In this document: one piece after another, positions 31,977 to 46,200 of the stretch
Layout of the letters: each line of letters opens with the position of its first letter
Position numbering within the stretch: position 1 is the first letter of the stretch
NCBI GenBank assembly: GCA_951406725.2
Contig: OX597832.1
Location: 24,614,001-24,678,000 of the forward strand
Reading direction: 5' to 3'
Origin: Octopus vulgaris
Taxonomy: Eukaryota
DNA: 64,000 nt
Made by a program: the position numbers and the translations under genes
The notes under the pieces: generated by a model
Database searches by the model: none
What the model was told of the DNA's origin: nothing
The model's input: only the letters and a program-made list of their open reading frames with translations

Positions 31977-32153
31977 GCATATATATATATATATGTTTTA
32001 AAATGTATAGTATATGCACAAAAGAACCGAAAGCAGGCACAGAATGGCAAGCTGAAAGACATAGATTGAATGCACAGACGTACAGTTAACAGATACAGAA
32101 GGTCCCCAACTCGTCATCACTTAACGCCCAGTGGGTCAAACAAAATTTTGCGC

Positions 32154-32194
<41 letters not shown>

Positions 32195-32219
32195 GCAAAC
32201 TGTGTCAAATACTACACTT

Positions 32220-32314
32220 ATTTCAGAACGCCCGCTGTGTACTAATAAATCCATTTCGAGCTCTTTATGCTCTCATCAGTATGAATTAGACACCAAGCGG
32301 AACAACTCTGAAAT
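32220..32314 (-). ncRNA. Type I hammerhead-like motif with long bulged stem I
   Basis: CUGAUGA-GAGC-auaaaga-GCUC-GAAA-UGGA-UU, enclosed by inverted segments auuucaga/ucugaaau, ccgcu/agcgg, gugu/acac and cuaau/auuag. Confidence 0.6.
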
Positions 32315-32590
32315 GACTAGAAGCCTTATAGGAAATGAATAGTAACTAACTAGGCACCGTGACAGTGCTGCCTCAGTCTAACCGGAACAAAGCATATGGT
32401 AGGCACTTGAAGATTGAATGATATTAAATAAACGAACATTAAGATCAGCGCAAATACGTTTCGGACATATTTGATGTGTAGAAAGAATATTTGTCAAGCG
32501 GATTACAATGGAGGAAAACTCCTCACTTTTGGCAAAAAGTGTAAAAGACCAAAATCCTTTTGGAACAACTATTATGGACTTATATAAGTT

Positions 32591-33067
32591 CAGGGTCTTC
32601 ATAAGGTCATGGTGCGGTGCTACAAAATTAGAATTGTTAAAGAATATGGTTCTTCAATAAGATGGTGCACCTTGTCACTTTGCTCTGCAATATTAAGCAG
32701 TTTCTAAATAAGAAATTCCCTAACAGATTTGAAGAAGAGATTTGACTCCATTAGATTTCTTTTTATGAAGATATATGAACAGTATTTTTTTATTCAACTA
32801 AGCTTCGATCTTTAGAAAACTTCAAAGCAAAGAAAACTGATGTGATTGAAGATATTACTGAAAATCGGCTGGAAAATGTTTTCCGAAAACTACAAAATCG
32901 TATTTCTCTTTGTATTAGTATGGCTGGTGGACATGTTGAAAATTAACAAGATGAATAAAACATTTAAGTCATTCTTCTTACTTTTCCTTTTTACAGAATA
33001 ATTCTATCATGTATAGTTACGAAGATACAAATGCTTTAAATTGCACCACGACTTTATGGAAACCCTG
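32591..33067 (+). mobile_element. Internally deleted Tc1/mariner (DDxD mariner-type) element
   Basis: Imperfect 25-bp TIRs cagggtcttcataaggtcatggtgc / gcaccacgactttatggaaaccctg, with TA on the right. Transposase relics Q*DGAPCHFA, FLNKKFPNR, DLTPLDFFL*, GGHVEN. Confidence 0.82.
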
Positions 33068-33253
33068 TATTTCGAGCTCAGTGTGTTTTGATTTATTACA
33101 GACCAGACAGCAGCTGTGAAACGAGTTCACTGTTTTGGTAAACCGAAAAGTTTTCTCCATGGCAAGCCGCAGTAAAATTGGGCTTTTTTTTTTTTACAGA
33201 TCACATACGTCAAAAATATGCTTGAAATGATCTAAAAGTGCCATCCGCAAGCG

Positions 33254-33287
<34 letters not shown>

Positions 33288-33501
33288 TACACACACACGC
33301 GCGCGCGCATGCATGAATGGATATAAAATTTCATTTAAGTTCAAGAAGTTGGAATGAATTTCTGAACGTTCTTTGCGACATTTACATTTTTATACCTTTG
33401 AGATTTTTATTTGATCATTCGTTTTAGTGCGTGCGCGAGTGTATATGTATTCATATACATACATACATACACACACACACACACGCACACATTTATATAT
33501 A

Positions 33502-33608
<107 letters not shown>

Positions 33609-33637
33609 GTGTGTGTGTGTATTTGTGTTTTTGTATG

Positions 33638-33682
<45 letters not shown>

Positions 33683-33707
33683 GTATTTATATATATACAT
33701 GTAAAAC

Positions 33708-33745
<38 letters not shown>

Positions 33746-33807
33746 GTATATATATATATATATACACACACATACATATGTCTATATATATTTATAGACA
33801 TATTAAT

Positions 33808-33849
<42 letters not shown>

Positions 33850-33873
33850 GTGTGTGTGTATGTCTATATATTG

Positions 33874-33921
<48 letters not shown>

Positions 33922-34164
33922 GTGTGTGTGTGCATACCTGCATGTTTGTACGTGTTATTTTGTTTGTTCATGTGAGCCAAAAGTTGACGAACGAAATGAT
34001 TCTTAATTCAGTAAACTTCTGTGGAATTAATAACATTTGGAATTGGAGACTGATTGAAGTCATTCTGTCGTGAATATTTCCAAAATCGATGACGTAGAAG
34101 TAGCGGCAGCAGCATTAGTGGTAGTAGCAGATGTAATGGTAATGGTAGCAGTAAGAATGGAGTT

Positions 34165-34830
34165 ACGGGAATATGTAGAATGAGTAAGGGAGGAAGGAAA
34201 GGGAGGAAAGAGGATGGAGAAATGAGAAAGAAAAGAAAAAGAAGAGGAGAGGGAGAAGGAAAGCTAGGGGTAGGAAAAAGGAAGGAGATAAAGAAGAATA
34301 AATGAAATATGAAGAATAAAGAGTTAGGAGAATAAGATAAGAGAGAAGAAGAAGGAATAAGTGGGCGAAAAGAAGAGAAGGAAATGAGACGAGAAGGTGG
34401 GGGTAGAAGGAAAGAAGAAGAGGTGGAAGAAAAATGAAGAAACCGAAGAAAGAAATAGAAGAATATGGAAAATAAGATGAATAAGAAGAGAAAGAAATAA
34501 GAGGAGGAAAAGGAAAAAAAACGAAATAAAAGATGAAGATAACCTTAAACAGAGGAAGAATAAAAAGAAGGAAGTTGATGAAAATAGAATAAAAGATGGA
34601 TGCATAATGTGGAAGAACGAGAACAGAAGAAGTGAAAGAAGACGTGAAAGAAAAAGAAGAAAAAAAAGAGAAGAAAAACGAAGAAATAAAAATGGAACAA
34701 GAGCGAAGAGGAAAAAGATGTGGTTGGTAAAAAAATATGAAGGATGAAAAGGGGAAGAGAAGGAAGAGTAGAAACATCGTTAGCAGACGGATGGAAACAT
34801 AAAAAGAAACATCAAAGGAGAAATAAAACA
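34165..34830. repeat. Low-complexity polypurine tract (similar tracts at 5930-6115, 8755-9145, 30330-31030 and 52460-52850)
   Basis: Directly visible GA/GAA-rich strand asymmetry. Confidence 0.9.
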
Positions 34831-35400
34831 GGTGTAAAAGTGATATGACATCATTTGTAATTACAGGTAAAGACTATCGAGTCGCCCGCGCGCGCGCGCG
34901 CTGGAAAAGTGTTGTCGCGTTCTGGTTTGACTAGCAAACACTTCATCATCATCGTCATCATCATCATCATCGTCGTCGTCGTCATCGTCGTCATCATCAC
35001 CCAGATGATAACTCATTATATGTCATCGTCGTTGTCATCACTCTTTTCATCCTCCTCTCCTCTTCCTTTTCGTCGTCGTCGTCGTCATCATCATCAGCAT
35101 CAGCACCAGCAGCAGTAGCATTATCGTCGTACTCATCACCACACCTTACTTATAGCCATCTACCTGCGCCTCCACCTCCTTCTCCTCCTTCTCCCCCTCC
35201 TCCTCCTCCTCCCCCTCCTCCAAATCATCATCATCATCATCATCATCATCACATTCATGGTAATAACCACCATGGTTCTTATCATCATGGCGCTATCATC
35301 ATCATCATCATCATCATCATCGTCGTGGTAATTGTCGTTGCCGTCTTTGTCGTCGTCGTTATCCTCCACCTCCACCTCCTCCTCCTCCTCCTCCTCCTCC

Positions 35401-35442
<42 letters not shown>

Positions 35443-36170
35443 GCAACATCAGTAGCATCAGAAACACCTACAAGTTTATAAAACCAACTCGCCAACACCA
35501 GCAGCATTATCACCTCCACCGCCGCCACCACCACCACCACTACCACCACTATGCCATCAGCACCACCACTAACAACAACAACAACAACAACAACATCACC
35601 GTGCTGCGAGGTAGTGTGAGAGCCATACGCTTCCTTATAAGGAATGGTATACCACGAATATTTCCTATGGAATGGTTCCGTTTGGCAATCGGTTCGTTAA
35701 TTGAAATTCTATGTTTCAAATTCTAAATTCTAAATTACAATCAACCAATCCCGTTTTATTATTGTTCCGTGAGAATTGGCAAAGCAGTGAGCAAGGTGCC
35801 TTGCGGTATTGATTTCCGTCCCTTTACGTTCCGTTTGAATTGAAACCCAGATGAGTTTTGCAAAGTAGACGTTTGCCTTTCGTTATTTTAGGGCTTTGAT
35901 GAGGCGGCGATCTAGCAGACTCGTAAGTACTCCGGATAAAATGATTAGCCTCATTTCTTCCGGCTTTGCGCTCTGAGTTCAACTTCGACCAAGGTTGACT
36001 TTGCATTTTATTCTTTGTTGAATTGGTACCAGTTGATGAGGTTCGGAGTTGTTGTTATAGACTTATCCCCTTCTATCAGATTTTAGGGCTTATGTCTATA
36101 GCTGAGAGGATTTTAGGACTTCAATAAGACTGTTGGTGCACCAGTAAGAAACTAGTATACCTACCTACCG

Positions 36171-36487
36171 GGCGTTGTGCGTGTTTATTGAGCGAAAACA
36201 CCTAAAAGCTCCACGAGGATCCGGCAGGGGGTGGTGGCGACCCCTGTTGTACTCTTTCGCTCGAACTTTCTCTCACTCTTTCTTCCTATTTCTTGTCCCC
36301 GACTTCCTAAGCAACCGCTGAGCCTGGATGCGCATTCATCCATCCGTCGATGCTCTCGGTGTCGGGGGTTGACCTGCTCTCTCTTCTGCGGGTCTTACGA
36401 ATAGCAAAGGACCACGTTTCAGACTTCTCCCATCTTGCGAGCTCTGAGACGAAGACCGTTCGCTCAACAGCAACACCAACAGCAACA
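36171..36487 (+). mobile_element. SINE-C variant with an alternative 3' tail
   Basis: Body matches 29782-30082 up to ctctcactctttcttc, then a different ~180-nt tail ending in (caacag)n. A second copy lies at 28552-28830 (-). Confidence 0.8.
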
Positions 36488-36893
36488 ATATCAAATTCTC
36501 TCAATCGCCAAATGATACGTGTTAGTGGAGATTTCAGATAATGAAGGTGCAGCAAATCTGAAATCGGTGTTACAGCATGGCCGCAGTTCTTGAACTGAAA
36601 ACAGTAAAACAGCAAAGAGCAAAATGATATTATGAACTGCATGAAAATTATTCTGTGTTGTAGCAGAATAACCAATTCATTGCCCATAAACTGTAGCAAT
36701 TAACAAAATTTTATGGAAAGCTGATGTTCACTCGTAAAAGAATCATGAATGTACAGGGAGAAGTTTATGAAGAAAGAAAATGCAAAACTACTTTAGCGAT
36801 ACTTTATTCCATACGAGCCTTGTGGTTGATGCTACACTGTTTTGTGATATTCGGCCCCAACAGTATCACAGATAATCGAAAATTACTTGTATT

Positions 36894-37290
36894 GGCACAG
36901 GAGTGGCTGTGTGGTAAGTAGCTTGCTTACCAACCACATAGTTCCGGGTTCAGTCCCACCGCGTGGCACCTTGGGCAACTGTCTTCTACTATAGCCTCGG
37001 GCCGACCAAAGCCTTGTGAGTGGATTTGGTAGACGGAAACTAAAAGAAGCCCGTAGTATATCTGTATATATATGTATGTGTGTGTATATGTTTGTGTGTG
37101 TGTTTGTCCCCCCCAACATCGCTTGACAACCGATGCTGAATTGTTTACGTCCCCGTTCGGCCAAAGGAGACCGATAGAATAAGTACTAGGCTTACAAAGA
37201 ATAAGTCATGGGGTCTATTTGCTCGACTAAAGGTGGTGCTCCAGCACAGCCGCAGTCAAATGACTGAAACAAGTAAAAGAGAGTAAAAGA
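36894..37290 (+). mobile_element. SINE-A, full length
   Basis: Same head, core and tail. Confidence 0.9.
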
Positions 37291-38324
37291 CTACACTTTC
37301 GAGTTTGGTACCAGGTTTTTAGATATTAAGTTAGAGGCCGCCGAAACCTGATTCAACAGGATTTGATGAAAGAAAAGCAGCAAACCCACAATTGCGCTTT
37401 CTTCTAATGTAGTGAATATTTTTTAGCAGTGTCATTTCTTTTCTACTCATTAGGTTTGCCATCTTTAAACCTTGCTTGGAATATTCCATCACTCATAATT
37501 TAATAAGTTTCTTCTGTAAGCAGATAATTACTTCAGCAACACTGACTTCAAAAGGAAGTGACACCGTTTGGGGAATATTTAGCACGAATACTATTTACTT
37601 CCCTAAATAAAGGCAAATATTAGTGTGTCTGCACCTTGCTATGCTGAACTATTGAAGCTGTAGAAAAAGAAAGCTAGTTGTTTCTTAAAATAAGTACATC
37701 TATAATAAACCTTCTCATGGCCCCCTGAAATATATCGTGAAAACCAATTTGATATTTTGCTTTCGTGGACACAAAAGAATTTAATATAGAACGTACGAGT
37801 TATACGGGCTCAGTCCGGGAGCTAGCGCTCAAGATAGAGCCTCAGTATTTTAGCTTCCCACAGTAGTGCATTATTCCCGGCAACACATATAAACTGTGAA
37901 CATGTTTAACAAAACTGGTTCACATAGATTGTGATTTAGTCGAAGAGGAAAAAGTGATATTGTAAAACAAGATTGGTTTTTTTAAAGAATTGTGTCGAAC
38001 AACGGAAAAATGCTTTCAACTACGAGACAGGCATTATAGGTGTATATATAATTTAGATGTAAATTGACATATTGGAATATAAGATGTGTTTTATCAGCGT
38101 GTGAATTTGTAGAGGTGTGCATGTCTCTATACACGAAACATAAAATATGGATACATAATTGGGTTAACTATACATGGGCACATACATACATAGATACATA
38201 CATACATAGATACATACATACATATATATACATGAATACATATATCACAATCTGAATTTGTATATATGCATACACACACGCACACTCACATACATACACG
38301 CACACACACATACATGTATATATG

Positions 38325-38355
<31 letters not shown>

Positions 38356-38628
38356 ATGGATATATATATATATATGGTGTGTGTATGAATATATAGATAT
38401 ATGTATCTATCTATATATATATACATGCATAGCTACCTATTTATTTATTTATCTATAAACATGCGTGTGCGTATATGAAGTACCCCATAGACATAAGTTG
38501 CTGTATACACCTGTATGAAAATTCTGTTAAGTACAGTTAAACCTGTTGAAAACGTTTCTCGATTGTCTCATATTGTTTTTATAAACAAGTTCAAGTTAAC
38601 ACCATGTAGCTTTTATGTTCACTGTAAG

Positions 38629-38661
<33 letters not shown>

Positions 38662-38666
<5 letters not shown>

Positions 38667-38798
38667 AATGTCGCGCACATGTGGTTGTGATGCATGTGCC
38701 TGGTGTTCCCTTATCAGACGAGTAGTCATGGTGGGTATACTGGGCTTCGTATATTTTACCCCAGTGTCACTTTGATGGCATGCACTGCTCTCTCACTC
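38662..38798 (+). mobile_element. Repeat family D, 3' part with (AAT)n tail
   Basis: Continues the 63.25 kb sequence and ends directly in (AAT)n at 38799-39020. Confidence 0.55.
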
Positions 38799-38820
38799 AA
38801 TAATAATAATAATAATAATG

Positions 38821-38898
<78 letters not shown>

Positions 38899-38978
38899 TT
38901 AATAATGATAATAATAATGATGATGATGATGATGATGATGATGACGATGATGATAATGATGATGAAAATATTAATAAC

Positions 38979-39021
<43 letters not shown>

Positions 39022-39552
39022 TGTTTTGAACCTGTTGAAGACACACGAGATGTCGAAATATCTTCACTAGATGAGACAATGGCACTCTTCTTTTAATTTT
39101 GATTTTAATAACAACAACAACAACAACAATTCTTTCTTCTATAGGGGCCACGGTTTGTAATTTGGAGAGAAGGGGTTAGGCAATTAGATCGACCCCCAAC
39201 GTTCATCTGGTACTTATTTCGTTGATCAGGAAAGGATGAAAGCAATATCCACCTCAACAGAATTTGAAAGCAGAACGTAAAAGCCGGAAGCGATCCCGCC
39301 AATTCATCTGAACGAAAAACATCAAGTGGTTGCAGCTTGCATGTTAAACCATCGAGTATATCAGCCAATGGTGTGTTTATATTATTAGTCTTTTTTCTGT
39401 ATTTTCCGTGCCGTGCGAACTCTATAGAAAGCCTAGATGAGCATGGGAGGCTTTTGATATAACTTCGCTGAATGTTTAAACTATATGCTTTAAAAGTAAA
39501 ATAGTATTCCTTCTTCCAGCCATCTCTTGTCTGGAAAACAACTGAGCACATT

Positions 39553-40000
39553 GGATCTTTTCAGTTTGAACAGCAGAATTTTCTAGCGGTGCCATATGAA
39601 ATTGTCCCCCATAATTATGACCCTAGTATCGATCAATTGCATTTCAATCTGTTTTAGGGTTAGGGTTAGTTAGGGTTTGTTAGGGTTAGGGTGAGAGTTA
39701 GGGGTGGGAGGAAGGGTATCTTTTTTTCTTCAGAAATGTAAATAATCCCAATCTGTTTCTTAAGCGAGGGACATATTCATACGGCACAGAATGTTTTCAC
39801 CTCAATAGACGTCATTGATTGGTTCAAATTGCAGAAATTGAAGAAAAAAACAAAAAATATTTTACAAACTAAAGAATTTTCTCAATAAAGCCAAGATAAA
39901 AAGATGTTTTGTAAACACATTCTACCAATATACGAAGTTTAAAAGTGTTTAGTTACGTGGAAATTATTTTAAAAAACTGCCGTTTAAACCGAAAAGATCC
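39553..40000. mobile_element. MITE with 24-bp TIRs, 8-bp TSD and internal TTAGGG repeats
   Basis: TIRs ggatcttttcagtttgaacagcag / ctgccgtttaaaccgaaaagatcc. TSD AGCACATT at 39545-39552 and 40001-40008. Confidence 0.88.
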
Positions 40001-40159
40001 AGCACATTTTCTTCAGACAATTTTTATAATAGCATTGCAGTTATATTGTCCCATCTACAGAACATGCTATCATCCCTTTGCCGTGAGTTTTTACACGTCC
40101 TGTAGACTTAACAATAATAACTTTAATACTTTATATATCGGTAGGTTAAATTTTTGGAT

Positions 40160-40390
40160 AAGGCGGCGAGCTGGCAGAAACGCTAGCACGCCGGGCGAAA
40201 TGCGTAACCGTATTTCGTCTGCTGTTACGTTCTGAGTTCAAATTCCGCCGAGGTCGGCTTTGCCTTTCATCCTTTTGGGGTCGATAAATAAAGTACCAGT
40301 TACGCACTGGGGTCGATATAATCGACTTAATCCGTTTGTCCGTCTTTGCTTGTCCTCTCTGTGTTTAGCTCCTTGTGGGTAGGAAAGAAA
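40160..40390 (+). mobile_element. SINE-B (tRNA-derived), full length with 17-bp TSD
   Basis: ggcggcgagctggcagaa..gagttcaaattcc..gcctttcatccttt.ggggtcgataaa..agtacc. TSD TAGGTTAAATTTTTGGA at 40142-40158 and 40391-40407. Confidence 0.9.
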
Positions 40391-41375
40391 TAGGTTAAAT
40401 TTTTGGAACGTCAAAAATTTTCTTGGACGTTTGCTATTTTAGAAAATTGGACACGAATTTCTTTTCCGAAATCTGTAAAATACTTGTGAAAATCATAAAT
40501 TTTTTCTCTCAAACACATTGAGTATTCTTTAATCAATTTTCGTTTTTATTGTCATCATTAGGTGTTTAGGTTCCATGAAGCGTTAGCATCGTGATGAACG
40601 ACCAGCAAAATACCTCAAATTATTACATCTTGTAATCTTCTTTGCATTAAAATTGATGATATTTGCAGAAACATAAATTCCAGGCCGTCTTTGATCTACA
40701 ACCAATCATAATAGCTCATTTTTAAGGCCTTTACGTTTTTTTATGTTCGAAAATTGCATTTTCACCTTTAATCATTTTCAATTCTTTTTCTTCAGCGCGC
40801 CAAGAACGAATAATGTTTTCTCCTTTGGTGTTGGGCCAAAATATATTTCGGCCTCTCTTTTTTTGCTATGTTGCTTTGCATAATTTATCATCTACAATTT
40901 GAACGAAACTTCTGTGTATGATCGTTTATTTCCTTTAGACGTCGTAAGGTGTAAAGTAAAATAAAAATGACAGATAATGATTAAGGTAAGCCTAAGCGCC
41001 AACGTTATATTGCGCTACGCCCAATAGCCATTACCCTACATATACAAATACTGTCACCCACTTTTATAATAAGCCATTAGTTTCTTCTTTACGAGCCCGG
41101 ACGTAGTCACAGTAAATATGTTTTCTAAGAAGGAAAACATCAAGAGAGGACTTTCTTAGACATTAAAATTAGGTGAACTATATGTTTCAATTTACACATG
41201 TACCTACGTATGGCTAACGCACATCATACTATATTACATTCTATGTATGTATGTATGTATGTATGTATGTATGTATGTATGTATGTATGTATGTATGTAT
41301 GTATCTATTTATCTATTTATCTATTTCTGTCTGTTTATCTATCTATATATCTGTCTATTTATCTCTCTATCTCTC

Positions 41376-41431
<56 letters not shown>

Positions 41432-41432
<1 letters not shown>

Positions 41433-41833
41433 TTTTACTCCTTTACTTATTTCAGTCATTTGACTGTGGCCATGCTGCCGCATCGCATTTAGTCGAGCAA
41501 ATCGACCCCAGGACTTCTTCTTTGTAAGCCTAGTACTTATTCTATCAGTCTCTTTTGCCGAACCGCTAAGTTACGGGGACGTAAACACACCAGCATCGGT
41601 TGTCAAGCGATGTTGGAGGGACAAACACAGACACACAAACATATACACACACACATATATACATATATACGACGGGCTTCTTCCAGTTTCCGTCTACCAA
41701 ATCCACTCACAAGGCTTTGGTCGGCCCGAGGCTATAGTAGAAGACACTTGCCCAAAGTGCCACGCAGTGGGACTGAACCCGGAACCATGTGGTTGGTAAG
41801 CAAACTACTTACCACACAGTCGCTCCTACGCCT
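41432..41833 (-). mobile_element. SINE-A, full length
   Basis: Reverse complement of the family sequence. Confidence 0.9.
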
Positions 41834-42172
41834 ATAAATAAATATATATATATATATACATACACACACAAAAACCATATATATGCATGTATATACGCAC
41901 ACATACATATACATACATAATGCATACATACATATAATACACACACACACACAAACACACACAACTTATCGACCTATATTTTGGAGGAGAGCAAGCGAAA
42001 AGTCCAAGGTGTTTATTAATGTTTGCTTATATCTTGGAAACGTGTAATTATTGGCAACGAATTGTGACTTACTTTATTTCCGGTTTATTGAAATAGTGTC
42101 TCCCCTCTCAATATCAACACTTGACACTTATATGTGTGTGTATATTCATATGTATATATATGTATATATATA

Positions 42173-42250
<78 letters not shown>

Positions 42251-42251
42251 G

Positions 42252-42350
<99 letters not shown>

Positions 42351-42694
42351 TTGTAAATGTGGGTGCGTGTGTTTATGTGTGTATGAGAGTCTGCGCGTTA
42401 GACATATATATATATATACATAGACAAATACCTGTTAAGTTACATATATACCTATAGTTATGTTTTTATATATAGACTTATTTGTTTGTCTGTGTGTGTA
42501 CATACGTATATACACACACATATATACACACATATATACATATATATATAGATATAGATGTGAATGTGTGTGTGTGTTTATGTGTATGCGTGTGTGCGCG
42601 TAATACATAGACAAATACGTGTGAAGTTACATATATAGGTTTAGGTATGTTTTTATATATACACGTCTTTGTTTGTTTGTGTTTGTGTGTACGT

Positions 42695-42740
<46 letters not shown>

Positions 42741-43153
42741 GCACACGTATATATGTGCGCACATAGAAGTCGTTCGTAGCTATATTTTAATGCATGTATC
42801 TAATTTTACACTTATTCGGACATAGCTATTTCCTTATCACTCGCTTTATACATACACGAATACATACATACGTGCATACAAACAAAAACACACACGCACG
42901 GAGACAGACAGACACACACACACACACGCGCGCGCGCACACACACACACATACACATACATAGAAATAAAATGCATAGATATACAAATATATATGCATAT
43001 ATAGCTATATAAGGGTAAACATGTGTATTACATATAAACGTATGTATCTGTGTATATATGCTTACATATGTACATATGTATGTATTTATGTATGTAAGTA
43101 TATATGTATGTATGTATTTATGTATGTATGTTGTATGTATGTATGTATGTATG

Positions 43154-43211
<58 letters not shown>

Positions 43212-43303
43212 ACCTATGTATCTATAATCTATACAGACACACTGCCATACTAATCTCATGCATGTAGTATATATGTATATATATGCATGTATACATATCT
43301 ATA

Positions 43304-43340
<37 letters not shown>

Positions 43341-43404
43341 GATACACGTCCTCAGAGAAGACATATGCATGCATATATACATATATGTATAAATTCATAC
43401 ATAT

Positions 43405-43459
<55 letters not shown>

Positions 43460-43837
43460 ATACATACATACATATATACCCATATATACACATGCATATA
43501 GATGAACATATGCAGACGAAAATACGCAGACGCGCATGCGCATATATACATACACACATATATACACTTACGAGCATACATTCTAATCTCCATACTTGAA
43601 ACTGTTGTGTAAAATGAAAGCATAACAACATAAATTGCTTTATGTGCTCACAATTATTGTGTAAATATATATCAATATTTTTCCTATACTCTGGAGTTTC
43701 AATGAGGTTGTTTTCATTTCTCATTCAAAATCGAAAGGTAAACTTTAAGTTCCATTGGGAATGAATTATTAGAATTGTGTTGTAGGATTTTAATACGAAA
43801 ATATTTCCTAAAACTTCCTGTCTTCTCTGAGGACGCG

Positions 43838-43874
<37 letters not shown>

Positions 43875-44001
43875 TGTATGTATGTATGTATGTATGTATG
43901 TATGCGATATATCCTAAACTGTGTCATGAGAGAGGACAAATAACAAGGTCTGTAAGGTAATATAAATATATATTTATTTATCTATTTATATCTATCTATC
44001 A

Positions 44002-44077
<76 letters not shown>

Positions 44078-44094
44078 GTCTGTCTGTCTGTCTA

Positions 44095-44195
<101 letters not shown>

Positions 44196-45085
44196 TCCGT
44201 TTGGGTGCAGTGATGTTAAAAATCCGTTGTTAAGACACAACATAGCTATGCTTGAGCGGATGTTTTCGCACTTTTCGACGTAGGTTTGTCTATTGAGTGG
44301 CCAGTTTGTAAATTTTTAGCGTAATTTCACCTATTGAACAGAAGGTTCAGATTGTTCAACGTGACTTTGTCTTGTAAGCTGTGAGGTCGAACAACCATAA
44401 CGATACGATGGCACACCTCATGTTTAAGATTGTGATAGAAATGCGCCCCGTTAGTGAGAGGTCGTGTAAATGGATTGCTACTGACATAAAACCATGTGGG
44501 AAGATTTTGACGAAGTCCCTAGAATGTGTATATTTCCCATCAATTCTGATGAATTGTCCATTTGAATGAATGATGCACAATAGCTTCTTAAATTGGATGT
44601 TGCTTCTAAATAATTCTTTGATACTTAAACTTATTGCGTTTTTCAATCCCTCTGAGACAAAGCGAGATTGTTATGATTAATAATACCCTTGAACATGCAA
44701 ATTTTAAAACCTGTGGGGAATTAAGAGGGAGGTAGGAATTCGAGAGGGGCGGGTGTTCTGGAACCAAAAGACTAAGGATTAGTGTATGACCCGGTGGAGT
44801 TGGACACAACAAGGGTGACGATGAGGCTGGGGGTGGGGTGGAGGTGGATGCGGAATCTATTGGGTGGAGATATTCTCCCACGTTCCGTCTCTCCAATTTC
44901 ATTTACATGACTTTGAGCAATCGGAGGCTATATCAAAAGTCACGTGGTCCTCCACCACACGCACGCACACAGAAACACACACACACATGCGCTCACACGT
45001 ACACACACTGACACACACACACAACACACACACGCGGTGAGAAATATATATATATATATATATATGTTTATATATATATATATAG

Positions 45086-45762
45086 TCATTACAGATATAG
45101 GGTGAAAGATAATTAATTTAATAAAATCAACAAATTTCACCTAGTAGTTTTTCGGCATGGAAAAGGACCATATTCGCTAAAAACTTATACAAAAAGTTTT
45201 TTATATATAATTATAACAATAAGGGTTTAGCAACAAGTTCCTTGATCACATACCGAAAATTTTAGAAATAGCAGTCAAAAGACTACTATTTCCTTTTTCT
45301 ACTAAAATACGTCTCCGCAGGCAACAATATTTGTAACTCACACATGGCAAAAAAGGAGAAAATTAATGAAATCAAACAGTCTTCGATTAATTATGGACGC
45401 GTTTCTGGATTAGAATCACAAGATTCATTTCCTTCATCAACATAATATTCCGATAAATCTAGAAATGCTAGGAAATCTTACCTCTTATATTTCCGACCAA
45501 GCGTCATCAGAACATATAAAAGCTAATCAGCATATCCACATTTATATAGACGAGTGAATTCGTATTTCCCTCCAAATTTTCTACAATGTGCGTCACAAAA
45601 TAGTACTACCGAAAAACGATTCATAGTTCTGACGTAGGGGAGTGAAATAATCATTACAGATACAAGGTGAAAGATAATTAATTTAATAAAATCAATAAAT
45701 TTCACCTAGTAGTTTTTCGGTGTGGAAAAGGACCATATTCGGTAAAAACCTATACAAAAAGT
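45086..45762 (-). mobile_element. Related non-coding Penelope-like/retrozyme-like element, 1.2 units of a 565-nt repeat
   Basis: 45086-45197 is repeated at 45651-45762 (offset 565). Shares gggtgaaa..taattaattt..agtagt..tcggcatg and taagggtttagcaac..tagaaatagcagtcaaa with the 53 kb element. Abuts (TA)n at the left. Confidence 0.78.
45390..45446 (-). ncRNA. Type I hammerhead-like motif (C3U core variant)
   Basis: AUUAUG-UUGAUGA-A-GGA..GAAUC/GAUUC..UCC-A-GAAA-CGCG-UC-CAUAAU. Perfect 6-bp stem I and palindromic stem III, in the same unit position as the 53.7 kb hammerhead. Confidence 0.7.
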
Positions 45763-46200
45763 ATTTGGACTCATGTAGACCGGTTTCTGCACTGGCAAAA
45801 ATAGCCTAAGCTTCCTCAGCACGCGTTACCATAGTAGAGACCCCCAACCCTTTGTATTGAAGTCCGCGCTGCAACCAATTCGTTTTGCGCCGAAATCATG
45901 GCAACCACCAATGTGAAAATAATTTCAATACGGAGCACGAGAAAATATAATCCAGAAAAAATTAATTTGCGAAGATATTAACTCTGTTATTATCTAGTAT
46001 AACAGTTTTAAAAATGAAAATAACAGAATCAATAATATAGGCGATTGTAGGCCCCCAAAAGGCATTAAATTGTAAAACCCTTATTTAAATCGCCAAAATA
46101 CACTGACTGTTATCTCCAGCAGGTATACATACTTAATATGTCCTTTGATTAATTTTAATCCTACAGCTATTTAACGCTGGAAGCGTCCAAATTTGTACCG

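Noticed and set aside
39653-39705. TTAGGG repeats as a telomere or fusion scar
   Set aside because: Short, imperfect and enclosed in a TIR/TSD-bounded element.
45480-45515. Second CUGAUGA..GAAA on the - strand in the 45-kb element
   Set aside because: Only a 2-bp stem II, no convincing stem I, and no counterpart in the 53-kb copy.
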